NCBI GenBank assembly: GCA_963743305.1
Contig: CAVUPH010000037.1
Location: forward strand, 1 to 64,000
Direction: 5' to 3'
Length of the DNA stretch: 64,000 nucleotides
DNA from: an uncultured delta proteobacterium
Lineage (GTDB): Bacteria; Desulfobacterota; RBG-13-43-22
A program made the position numbers and the translations under genes. The notes under the pieces were generated by a model, which was not told where the DNA came from, searched no databases, and was given only the letters and a program-made list of their open reading frames with translations. This document shows, piece after piece, positions 50,701 through 60,492 of the stretch. Each line of letters opens with the position of its first letter. Positions within the stretch are counted from its first letter, which is position 1.

Positions 50701-53351
50701 AATCCAATGGAATTTATTTATCATTAAGCAAGAATAACCAGATTTATAGCAACACTATTCAGAACAATGATAATGGTGCGGCGGTTTATAATGACAATCA
50801 ATCCAATTTTACCCAGCTTATTGATAATATTATAAAAACAAATAAAAATGGGATAACGGTTGACAACTCGGACAACGTATCCATGAAAACCAACACCCTG
50901 GAGAGTAACGTAAATGACGGGATTTATATCCATGAATCGGATAATAGCCTATTGGAGGGGAATAAGGCCAATCTCAACGGCTCGGGTATATGGTTGGCTC
51001 CCCACAGCAACAAGGCCGAATTAAAAAGCAACGTGGCGTGTTACAACAAGAATTCCGATTTCTATAATGAGAATTATAATGAGAGACAACACCAACACCG
51101 GACAGTCCAATAAATGTATCAATTCCTGGAATTGGCAGGATTCGGATTTGTACATGGCTTCCGGGTGCAAAACCAAATGTGTCGGCTGGTATCAATACCA
51201 ATATGGCTACAATTTTAAAAATCCCTCAAAAGAATGGCTATCCTGGGATGAATTCATTGAAACGTTTGGGGTGGAAAGCATTTTTGCAACGGTCGATGTA
51301 TGTATTGGTTTGGGTGGATGCATTCCATTTTTAGGTTGCCTCTGTGCGGGGTACGTTGCCCATATCCCAACCGGTATCCCAGACCCGATTGCGTTAGGGG
51401 TAATGTTTCCGGTATACACGACAACGGCACGACCTGGGAGATGTACGGGAATGAGTAATACAAGTTTGCGGTTTTATTATAATAATAAGAAGCCATCGGA
51501 TTTTCTTCCTTCCGCAAAAAAGGTTTCCGATCTAAATTTAGAAGGACAAGTCGAATTTGATATCGACTCCTCGCAGGGTGCAATCATATCTAAGGAAATT
51601 GCAGAACCATATCTAAATTACCAGTACTTAATAGCTACGCAGGGAAAAACAACGCCAACAATGTATTGGCTCAAGTCAAACAAGGTCTCGAGAGCGGAAA
51701 CCTCGGGAGTATTGTCATGTCAAACAGTGGGTCAGGTCATACCGTGGTGGCTACGGACGTTCGAGAAGATGGAAATATCGCCCGGATATACATATATGAT
51801 AATAACCTTCCGCTTTATTCAAACCAGTTTTTGACCAATGAAGAAGATTATCCAAATATTATGATCCATAAAGACACTAATACCTGGTCGTATGACGAGC
51901 ATCCGGAATTTGATGTGATTTGGTATGCACCTTATTCACTTACCAATGGAAAACATACCCTGCCAAATTCCACAGATCTAAATATCGGCGGTACTCTTTT
52001 CGATATTGTCACCAGTTGGGGTTCTGCAGATACTCAAGTAGAAGACGAGGCGGGCAATAAGTTAGGATGGAGGGATGGACAATTCAAATTGGAAATACCC
52101 CGTGGAGCACCCATGCCCCTTATAGGAGGTTCAGGTTATTCGAATGTTCAAACTTTGTTTATACCTGCGAATCACTATAAAGTGAATCTAACCGGAAAAG
52201 AAACAGGGACGTATAATTTTGCGTTGATGTTAAACAAGGCCTTTTTGCAATTAGAGGAAGTGCCGACCCAGTTGGCTACTCAGGATATATTGACTTTCAA
52301 TCGCCCAAATGTGGAATTGCCACTCGGAACATATATTTTGGAGACATCGGACCTTAGTAAGACTTACTCCCTGACCTTAGGGGCTAAATTTAGTATATCC
52401 AATACGTTGCGGACCTATTCCATACGAAAGGCAACCATTAAGAAAGGCGCTAAAGCCTTATTTAGGATTAGTTCTGATTTTAATTCAATCATTTTTACTA
52501 ACCAGGGCCCTGACCCCGTGGTGTTCGATGTGGAATTTGGAAACACTATGGTTTCAAATAAGAACCAAATTGGCGATACTATTCCCAAGGGAGGTCGTGC
52601 GAACTTAACCATCAATCCCTTTACCACACTGGTATTGACCCCTATAGACTGGCTTAATTTAAATCAAAACCAAATAAGACTAACTGAAGAAGAATGTGGA
52701 AATCAGATATGTGGAAATGGGGAAGATGCGAATAATTGTTCGGTGGACTGTCCAATAATTAATTCTCAAGGGCCCTACGATAACATGCACATTACGGAAT
52801 CGACCACACTAGCTACCGGCACTTACCCAATAAGTGATCCGGGAGGGGATGGAGTGCTGATTATTGAAAGGGATGGAGTAACCTTGGATTGTAACGGTGC
52901 CAAATTGCAGGGAAACGGAACCGGGACAGGTATTGTAAGCAACGGGAAAAGTAACGTCACTATTAAGAATTGTCTAATTGAAAATTACGGAGTTGGAATT
53001 AAATTCGACAACAATTCAAAGATAAAAATCATAAATTCCGCAGTGACAGCTAACAAACAGTCAGGGATCCAAGCTAGTAGTTCCAGTAATTCGGAAATAT
53101 CACAAAATTATCTGAATGACAATGGGAATGGAATGGAATTGATGGGATCAAACGACTCAAAAGTGACCCAAAATATCATCTGCGGGAATTCAAATTTGGA
53201 TATTAATTCATCCTCAAGCAGTAACAATGTGGGGACAGGTAATATTTGCAGGAATGTTAACGATTGGGAAGAACAGGGGGTAATGGGATGTACTTATGTG
53301 TGTGGGGAATTTAAGAATTTGATCTATCTTCCAATTATATTGAAGGATTAA
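47774..53351 (+). CDS. Giant secreted protein (~1850 aa, split by ~4 frameshifts): YLVVWE repeats, Cna/SdrD-like domain, NosD/CASH beta-helices, Cys-rich motifs, C-terminal YLPIILKD
   Basis: ORFs 47759-50617, 50883-51113, 51067-51834 and 51666-53351 are co-linear with continuous beta-helix repeats; signal peptide; visibly lower GC than the core genes. Confidence 0.75.
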
Positions 53352-53400
53352 AATTTACTCATTGTTAGAGACAAATTTTTGGAACAAGGGATGTAGGAAT

Positions 53401-54824
53401 TTAATGGCCCAATTGTGGTCTGTTGGTATCCTTCAAGAGTTCTTCCGGCGTCTTCAAAACAGAAAAAATTGCAAAAAGCAGAACGGGAAAGAGTTGCAGG
53501 AAGAGGCGGTCCAGTGTGGTATCCAGATAAAAGGTCAGATTTTGGGGGAAAAGGAGGAAGACCAGAAAAAAAACGGCGGTTTGCAGCGAGATCAAAATAA
53601 AGGGGAAAAGGTCCTTTTTTAAAGCTTGATCAGAAAGGCGCGCGAAGAAAGCGTATAGAATCAAAACCGGCAGTAGGGGAAAGGTCCATTGCCCAAAAAA
53701 CAAAGCACTTTTGAAAAACCGAACCAGAATGGTCCCATATCGGCCAAGGTCGGTCAGATGGGCCGCCAATGGTTCCGGCCGGTTTAAGGCATAAAAACTA
53801 TTGGCCGGGGCTAAAAGGAGTTTATGGTAAAGGATCAACACCAGGACTGGCGCCAACCCGATGAGGAAGAATAAACAGGGTTTCCAGTGGATGCTTCCAG
53901 CGATGGGTTAGGGCCCCTACAAACAACAGGGAAAGAGGTATTAGGGCCGCCAAGACCTGCCCCTCGTTTTTAGTCCAGGCGGAGAAACCGATCAGTAGGC
54001 CGGCCAAAATAGAGGCGCCGTAGTTATTTGCAGGCCTGCGGTCGGATAAGGATAAAAGGGCAATTCCCGAAAGTAAGTAAAAGGCTAAAGGGATATCCGC
54101 ATATTGGGAGGCCCCATGGATCAAGAAGAAAGGGGTCCCCAAAAGGAGTATCCCCGCCAGGTATCCCTGACTGCTGCTTTTTATCGGGCTTAAGGAAGAA
54201 ACCAGTATCCCGGTAGTGCTGAGGGTGAATAGTAAGGCCAGAGCCGAGGGTACCCAAGGCGTTTCCTCTCCCAGGTAAAACCAGCCGCGCGCTATAGCTA
54301 AAGGCAACAGCAAGGGATAATCCGGATGAGACCAGCCCAGAAGAGGGCTAAAGCCATCCTGCCAGTTTTCGGCCCCTCTAAAAATGAAACGGGCCCGGTT
54401 ATTCCAAATGGCCCAAGCATCCCAATTTCCATGGGGATACAAAATGGAGATTAGTATCAAGACCAAAGTTCCGCTGATTAATAAAAGATAAAAACCAGAA
54501 GCGGTGATAGCGCTGAATCGAGAGGAAGACGGCTGGGAACCCCGCGGTTCAATATTTTTTGGACGCCTCTTTTTATTGACTGCCGAGTGCATCACCAAGA
54601 ATAAGCAGAGTAGTAATTCCAAGCAGTATATAGCTTTTATGAAACCGGCCAATCAGTAAAAGCCAAAGAAATAGGAGGGCGGAAGAAAACCCCCATCCCA
54701 CCCCCAGGCCGAGGAAGAGGCGGAAGATTAAGGGATGTTTTTCCTCCGGACCGGAGAGCAACCGATCGACCAAGGCCGAACCCGTAAGGAAAGAAATCAC
54801 TAGGGAAAAAAAGAAGGCCATCAA
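53401..54824 (-). CDS. Polytopic membrane protein, GT-C/GT39-like; two frameshifts
   Basis: ORFs 54573-54824, 53822-54652 (WDAWAIW, HPDYPLLLP, QYAD.P, WTKNEG) and 53401-53856 join end to end. Confidence 0.7.
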
Positions 54825-55225
54825 CGAGGGGCACGTTCCAGGAGTATCAGGCCGTTTTCAAAAACCCGGACGACTTGCATTCTATGTTGCGTTGCTATTT
54901 TTTCAAGGTTGGAAGGATCATAAAAGATCCCGATGGCCGGGGAAATCGCGGGATCTCTGGAGATCAAGAGGGGAGAGAGGGCGTACTGGGTTTGATAAAA
55001 ATCAGCCACTTCCTTACGGTCGGAGACAAAACCGATTGTTCCGCGGGCGGGCAGATACGGTTTTAGCTTTCTCAGTTGATTCTCCCGAACGGATACCGGG
55101 TCGGTAAAGGCAGAAAAGCCTTCCCGGGGGAATAGTTTCTTTATCAGTTGAACCTGCGAGGATAACCCCAGGCCAACCCAAAAGACCAAAAAAGCGGTCC
55201 ACAACCAGAATTTTATCTTCACCAA
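54821..55225 (-). CDS. Hypothetical membrane-anchored protein
   Basis: N-terminal TM segment, YQTQYALSP; stop overlaps the start of the next gene. Confidence 0.65.
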   Translation of the reverse strand: MVKIKFWLWTAFLVFWVGLGLSSQVQLIKKLFPREGFSAFTDPVSVRENQLRKLKPYLPARGTIGFVSDRKEVADFYQTQYALSPLLISRDPAISPAIGIFYDPSNLEKIATQHRMQVVRVFENGLILLERAPR

Positions 55226-55388
55226 GAAATCCCTCGTAGGAAAGGGCGTTGCCCGGTTGATTGACCATCCCCGCTCTGGGAACCTGCCTGCCCTCCGGTA
55301 CCGCTACGGTCGGCGATGGCCTTCTCACCTACCGGACAGCCTGCCCCGCCAGCGGTTGTAATCGCTCTTTCACCAAAGGACCAAAAAT

Positions 55389-55866
55389 CTATTTTCCGGC
55401 GTAAATCTTTTTCATCTCCAATTTTATTCGGTCAATGGGAACGCCCAGATCGTTGAGTAAAAAAGCGTGCATTGTTTGTGCATCGCAGACGTTGCAGTTG
55501 GCCGCATGGTCATCAAATTTACCAAGGGTCCCCTTTTTGAGAAAGCAATAAGAAAGGTTTTTGTGACCCATCTCTTCGCAAAAACAGTAGCAGTGAAAAT
55601 TGGGCCAATAAACGTGTTTCCTTGACCGCGATCTTGTAAGACACCAGAACAGAATCATTGATGTAGACGAATTTTGGAAAATTATAGCTTTTCCAAGTTT
55701 CTCCGGGATATTTTTTGGCTACCAGGGGCATTGCCCTGGCTGTGAGTTCCTGGAGATTCATTTTGGCCAGGGCCTGTATTTCTTTTTCCTGATTGGATGA
55801 CCAGACGAGATTATTCATAAAAAAAACCAGCAGCGCAACCAAGATGCTTTTCGCGAAAATTTTCAT
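55389..55866 (-). CDS. Exported PCYCGC-motif-like protein (+1 frameshift in the A4 run at 55596-55599)
   Basis: Corrected: signal peptide...LLAQFHCYCFCEEMGHKNLSYCF...DDHAANCNVC. Confidence 0.75.
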
Positions 55867-55891
55867 GGTCGTTTCTCCTTCCCTCTATTGT

Positions 55892-56932
55892 TTACCAAGG
55901 AAACTTAAAAAGCCAATTTTTCACCCGGAACCAATGACCGACAACGATAGCCGCCGTTTGACTCAAAATAATAAAAGCGAAAACCAGGTTAAGGATCAGC
56001 CTTTCCTTAACAAACCATTTGCCGCCCGGTAGTATTGAGCGATCGAGTACCGGGCAGAGGACTAAGAACAGGCCGATAAATAAAGGCACCACAATGCCGC
56101 CGACCAAGGCCGAATGACTTACCATTTCCTGGATACCCACCAGATACCAGGGTGCTTTGGCCGGGTTGGGCGGATGCAGAGGATCGGCCCTTCCCGACAG
56201 CGGAGCTTCGATGAAAAGCGCTAGGACGAGCAGAAGGGAAAGGGTCAGGAGGCCGACAGCCAATTCCGCTTTAAAGAGTATCGGCGAAGAGGCAATTTTC
56301 TCAGAATCCGGACCCTCGAAGGTAGCCAGCCCCCCGGCTTTCCGGATACGCCAAAGATGCAGCGCAACCAGGAACACCCACAGGGAGGGCAGGAAGGCCA
56401 CGTGCAGAGCAAAGGACCGGATTAGGGTATCGGGGCCTATTTCCTGACCACCCAGGAGAAACCTGCGGATGGAGGGGCCGGCGAAAGGGAAGTACGAGGC
56501 CAGATTAGAACCTACTTTGATTGCCCAAAAAGACGTCTGGTCCCAAGGAAGGAGGTACCCCGTATAATTGCTCGCCAAAGTCAGTGTCAAGAGGCCCAGC
56601 CCGTAGACCCAATTCAGATAACGCCCCTGATAGCTTCCGGTGAAATAAACCCTGGTCAGGTGCAGGAAACCCGCGATCAACAGAACATTGGCAGCCAAGT
56701 AATGGAGGTTTCGCACCAACCCGCCATATCGCAGTGTAGTCATGATATGAATTATCCGGTCATAAGCCACCTCCTCGTAAGGAACGTAATAGAGCAGGAG
56801 TGTCACCCCGGTCAAAACAAGTAAAATAAGACAGGATAGGCAGATGACGCCCAGACCGAGGGTTGTGAGTGGTTGCAGGGTCTTCACCTGGATTAGCGGT
56901 GGATGGAGGTGTTTCAGAAAATTTATTTTCAT
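55892..56932 (-). CDS. Cytochrome b/b6 (fused subunit IV-like part)
   Basis: LTGVTL..YYVP, RNLHY, HLTRV, TGYLLPWDQ, ALHV..LH, PNPAKAPWY. Confidence 0.88.
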   Translation of the reverse strand: MKINFLKHLHPPLIQVKTLQPLTTLGLGVICLSCLILLVLTGVTLLLYYVPYEEVAYDRIIHIMTTLRYGGLVRNLHYLAANVLLIAGFLHLTRVYFTGSYQGRYLNWVYGLGLLTLTLASNYTGYLLPWDQTSFWAIKVGSNLASYFPFAGPSIRRFLLGGQEIGPDTLIRSFALHVAFLPSLWVFLVALHLWRIRKAGGLATFEGPDSEKIASSPILFKAELAVGLLTLSLLLVLALFIEAPLSGRADPLHPPNPAKAPWYLVGIQEMVSHSALVGGIVVPLFIGLFLVLCPVLDRSILPGGKWFVKERLILNLVFAFIILSQTAAIVVGHWFRVKNWLFKFPW

Positions 56933-56947
56933 GCTTTACTTCAGGTC

Positions 56948-57428
56948 CTATCCCTTACGATCAGGGACTGGTTCTCTTAGCGCCAACCAGCTCGGCTTCG
57001 TCAATTTTTCTCCGATATGCACCCATAGTCTGCCACCTCGCTCCATTACTTCGTGCCAAGGAAGCGGATCAGTGGCCGGACCTGAATAGACTTGGCCCAG
57101 CGGGACCGAATTCGCTGCCATGGCAGGGACAAAAAAAACCCTGGTCGACCACATTGAGAAGACAGCCCAAATGGGTGCATTCCAAGCTGATGGCCCCGAT
57201 CCTCCGGGAAGACCGGATGACGACTATCTTGTGCTCGGGGAAAGGGGTCAGTGTACCGGGTGCAAACCGGTCCAGGGAAGAAATTTGGACCCAACTACCG
57301 GAAGAAAACCGGGAGGCTGCCGTCCAGACGTTGCCGAAGATCCAGGCAAAGGCCGTTCCTACAGCCCCCAAGCCGCCAATCACCAGCCATCTGAATAGAA
57401 ATTCCCGCCGGCTAACGCGTTTCGTCAT
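56948..57428 (-). CDS. Rieske 2Fe-2S protein (+1 frameshift near 57102)
   Basis: Tat motif SRREFL, CTHLGC, CPCHGS; shifted frame continues GQVYSGPA..PLP. Confidence 0.88.
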
Positions 57429-59073
57429 CGGCTCCTCGCTCTCCGGAAAATTTTCGGACCAGACCAACCAGGCCCCAGATTGATTCCGGTCGGAGATTGT
57501 CGGCAAAGGGCCGCATGGCGGTCCCTGGAATCCCGTAAGTTATGGCGGTTGCAATTCGTTCATCGGGGAAAGACCTGAAGTAGGGAACATTGGTGAGGTC
57601 TCTCGGTCTGGGCAGATATTTCAGGTAGGCGGGTCCCTTTCCCTTCCCTTGATAACCGTGGCAGAGGGAGCATTTTTTCCTAAAGGTGGAGAGGGTCTCT
57701 TCAGAAGACGGTAAGGTCCTAGGTCTGGGCGGAGGAGTATTCATCATCTTAACCGTCCTTTCTGTTTTGATGAATACCTGAAAGAGAAGGTCTACCAGGG
57801 AATTGATGGTTTCTTGCCCCAACAACTCCCCATAGGGCGGCATCGAGGTGCCTGGAATCCCCTTGGTTAGGCTTCCCGTGATTCTTGAATCGGGGATAGC
57901 CTTGAAAAACAACGCGTTGTGACGGAAGGCCCGGGGAAAGGTCGCCACGTTCGGCTCGATGATCCCAAACCCATCGCCCTGGGCGGCGTGGCACCGTTGG
58001 CAGAGCATCATGTACGCATTTCTGGGAGTCCCCTGGTGAAAGTGGGCCCTTTGCTTCTGTTGAAGGAGGGAAAGAAGTCCGTCTTCTTCTCCCGTGCCCA
58101 TGGGGATTCTCGGCATAATGGCGCCAGGGATTTCGATTCCCGGCCGATGCAGGAAATTCCTGATATAATCCCTTGGCCTCATAAAGGCCATATAAGAAAG
58201 GTCCGGTCCAATCTGGCCGTCGGATTCCCCGAACTTGTGGCAGGCCAGACATTTCTTTTCCTTGAGCAGCTCCATTCCCATTGGGACCCGTTGGGTGAGC
58301 CCTATTCTCTCCAGCCGTTCCTGCTCCCGTTCCCTTGATAGGCGGATCATCGGCGTTTCATAGTACGGCTCTTTCACCCGACTCTTCAGAAAATAGGAGA
58401 GGGCGTTCACTTCTTCAGGAGAAAGTCCGAATTTCGGCATGATCGAGTTCTCAAGGATTGTCCTGGGATTCCCGATAGCCATTTTAATTTGTTTCAACCC
58501 CAGGTACGAGCCGACCTCGCTTAGATCCGGGCCATAGCTGGAACCTTTCTCCCCGCTTCTCGTGTGGCAGGTATCACAGGCGGTTTCGGAAAACAACCGG
58601 CTCCCTTGCCAGGCTTTTTCCGCTCCCCGGAGTGGTTTCAATTCATGGCATTGGTAACAACTGGCCTGCAGGTCTTCCCCGGCCAGGACCTTTCGCGCTT
58701 CATTCCCTGTTCGGCCATGGGATATCTTGAGATCGGCAGCCATTCCTTCACCTAAATGGCAGGCCGTGCATCCCAGGTCAGACATGGAATGGGGAGCGAT
58801 GTTCGGATGGTCGCGCCCGGGCAGAGAATGATCGATCCGCACGGCGGCCCTCCCCTCGGGGTGACACGTCCGGCAGTGTTCTTGTTTCGGTGTTCCGCCA
58901 AGGTTGACGGTTATGTTGGCGATGTGGTGGGAGCCAGTCCTTCCATAGCGATAGTAACGACCCGACTGCTCTTCCCACCCCTGATAGCTCCAAAAAACGA
59001 GCAGACCCAGGGTTAGAACCAAGGCGGTCAGGAGAAAGACATCGATCAACAACGCTACACGTCTCTTTGGCAT
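57412..59073 (-). CDS. Membrane-anchored multiheme cytochrome c (7 CxxCH)
   Basis: CRTCH, CTACH, CYQCH, CDTCH, CLACH, CQRCH, CSLCH; GPDL and MP motifs. Confidence 0.9.
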   Translation of the reverse strand: MPKRRVALLIDVFLLTALVLTLGLLVFWSYQGWEEQSGRYYRYGRTGSHHIANITVNLGGTPKQEHCRTCHPEGRAAVRIDHSLPGRDHPNIAPHSMSDLGCTACHLGEGMAADLKISHGRTGNEARKVLAGEDLQASCYQCHELKPLRGAEKAWQGSRLFSETACDTCHTRSGEKGSSYGPDLSEVGSYLGLKQIKMAIGNPRTILENSIMPKFGLSPEEVNALSYFLKSRVKEPYYETPMIRLSREREQERLERIGLTQRVPMGMELLKEKKCLACHKFGESDGQIGPDLSYMAFMRPRDYIRNFLHRPGIEIPGAIMPRIPMGTGEEDGLLSLLQQKQRAHFHQGTPRNAYMMLCQRCHAAQGDGFGIIEPNVATFPRAFRHNALFFKAIPDSRITGSLTKGIPGTSMPPYGELLGQETINSLVDLLFQVFIKTERTVKMMNTPPPRPRTLPSSEETLSTFRKKCSLCHGYQGKGKGPAYLKYLPRPRDLTNVPYFRSFPDERIATAITYGIPGTAMRPFADNLRPESIWGLVGLVRKFSGERGADDETR

Positions 59074-59137
59074 CTGTCTCAGTTGATCCGAGAGGGTACG
59101 CTCAATGATCGCTCAGAAACATAACCCTTCGCTCTTC

Positions 59138-59542
59138 CTATTTCCGCTCGGTCGGATAGTTTGCCTGATCCCACTCATTCCACCCGCCTTTGAGGACGGA
59201 TACCTTCTTAAATCCCCGCTTGATAAGTTCCTGTGCCACCCGGGCACTGGTCGCCTCATCTTGTCAGGCTCAGTAAAGGACAATGGTTTTTGCCTTGGAA
59301 TACTTTTTGGCCCAGGATTTCACAGCGCCAGGATCTTCCCGAACCGCCCCTTTGATTTGCTTCAAACTCATTTTCCGGTCCCATAAAGTCCGGACATCAA
59401 TAACCACCACCTCCGGTTTCCCCAGCATGGCTTTGAGTTCCTCTTTGCTGATTCGGGGAATCTCCGAGGAAATGGCCGTAAATACCCAGATCCCCAAGAG
59501 TATAAAGACCATTGCCATACCGGCTATTGCTTTCCTTACCAT
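59138..59542 (-). CDS. Exported rhodanese-domain selenoprotein with two in-frame UGA codons (Y-U-A-U)
   Basis: Frame continues past TGA 59270-72 and TGA 59264-66: IDVR...KTIVLY-U-A-U-QDEATSARVAQELIKRGFKKVSVLKGGWNEWDQANYPTERK*(TAG 59138). This completes the rhodanese fold. Alternative start GTG 59551. Confidence 0.85.
59222..59260 (-). promoter_or_regulatory. Putative bacterial SECIS hairpin
   Basis: GAUGAG-gcga-CC-a-GUGCC-cgggu-GGCAC-a-GG-aa-CUUAUC; G-rich apical loop starts 21 and 27 nt after the two UGAs. Confidence 0.7.
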
Positions 59543-59648
59543 TTTTTCCACACTCCTTTCTTGATCGCATAGGGACCCTCCGGCAACTTGAGCATTAAGT
59601 GCCTGGGTTCCTTCTAATAATATTGCTTCCTTGATCCCTTCCTTATAT

Positions 59649-59677
59649 ATTTTAAGATTATATTAGTATTAAGACAA
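59649..59677 (-). promoter_or_regulatory. Sigma70 promoter of the rhodanese-cytochrome operon
   Basis: Minus strand TTGTCT-N17-TAAAAT. Confidence 0.55.
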
Positions 59678-59748
59678 GTCCCTAAATGGCCGGAATCCAT
59701 CCTCCCCTGGTCCCTATCAAAATGCATTCTCCATTTTTTGGTATATCC

Positions 59749-60276
59749 TTAGCGTACGGGCCCAACCTTTGTTGGCTTGGCTCTTTTTTTCCGCTTGGGA
59801 GGGAGGCTCACTTCCTGCGATAAAATAAGACGCGGGAGAGTTCCATCGACGCCCAGAATCGAAACCAAACGTTTGAGTCCTCTATTAATTTCTTTCAGGC
59901 CGCTTAGCGGTGTTTTCTCCAACCCAACTACCAGTAAGCCTTGGGCCACTTCCGGAGCGGCTGCGACCAGATCTTTTCCTTTGGGGGTCAATTCTACCCA
60001 GACAATTCGGCGGTCTTCCTTGGACCGGGTCTTTTCTATCAGACCATGAGACTCGAGCCGGGTGAGGATTCCGACTACGGTTGCCGGGTGAAGGTACATC
60101 CGGCGGGCTAATTCGGAAACCATCACCGGAGCGGCTTCGGCCAGGACCTTAATGGCCCAGAGCTGGGGACTGGTAAGACCGGTAGTATGCTCGACCTTTT
60201 TGGAATATTCATGAATGACCTGAAAGACTCTTCTTAAATTATCAATGGTATCAGCTATTAATTTTGATTGGTCCAT
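59749..60276 (-). CDS. MarR family transcriptional regulator
   Basis: GLTSPQLWAI, SELARRMYLHPATVVGIL.RLE..GLI, DRRIV.V.LT.KG. Confidence 0.9.
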   Translation of the reverse strand: MDQSKLIADTIDNLRRVFQVIHEYSKKVEHTTGLTSPQLWAIKVLAEAAPVMVSELARRMYLHPATVVGILTRLESHGLIEKTRSKEDRRIVWVELTPKGKDLVAAAPEVAQGLLVVGLEKTPLSGLKEINRGLKRLVSILGVDGTLPRLILSQEVSLPPKRKKRAKPTKVGPVR

Positions 60277-60492
60277 TTTTTCATCTTAAGAAGTAAAAAA
60301 AATTGACATTTTTAAATAGGTTCATAATAATTAATTTGTGTACCAATAAATTGAATAAAAATCAACCCTTTCTTTCATTCCACCCGGATATATCGGATAA
60401 AAGGGCCTAATATTATTATTTAAAAATATTGCGCTTCTTTATCGAGAAGGTATCCGGGTGTTCCGGTATTTAGGGAAAGCACCATTCCCAAG

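Noticed and set aside
55310-55370. Fluoride riboswitch (GGCGATGG), given a ClC gene nearby
   Set aside because: No pseudoknot or CUAAUG-type 3' element, antisense to the flanking genes and 5 kb from clc; the ClC also lacks CLC-F signatures.
21290-57428. Many frameshifted genes (lpxK, two GT4s, epimerase, rfaE1, giant protein, GT-C, PCYCGC, Rieske) as pseudogenes, phase variation or programmed frameshifts
   Set aside because: Those inspected are single extra bases, mostly in 2-4-nt runs, and they hit essential genes such as lpxK. This pattern fits long-read consensus error. There are no long slippage tracts.
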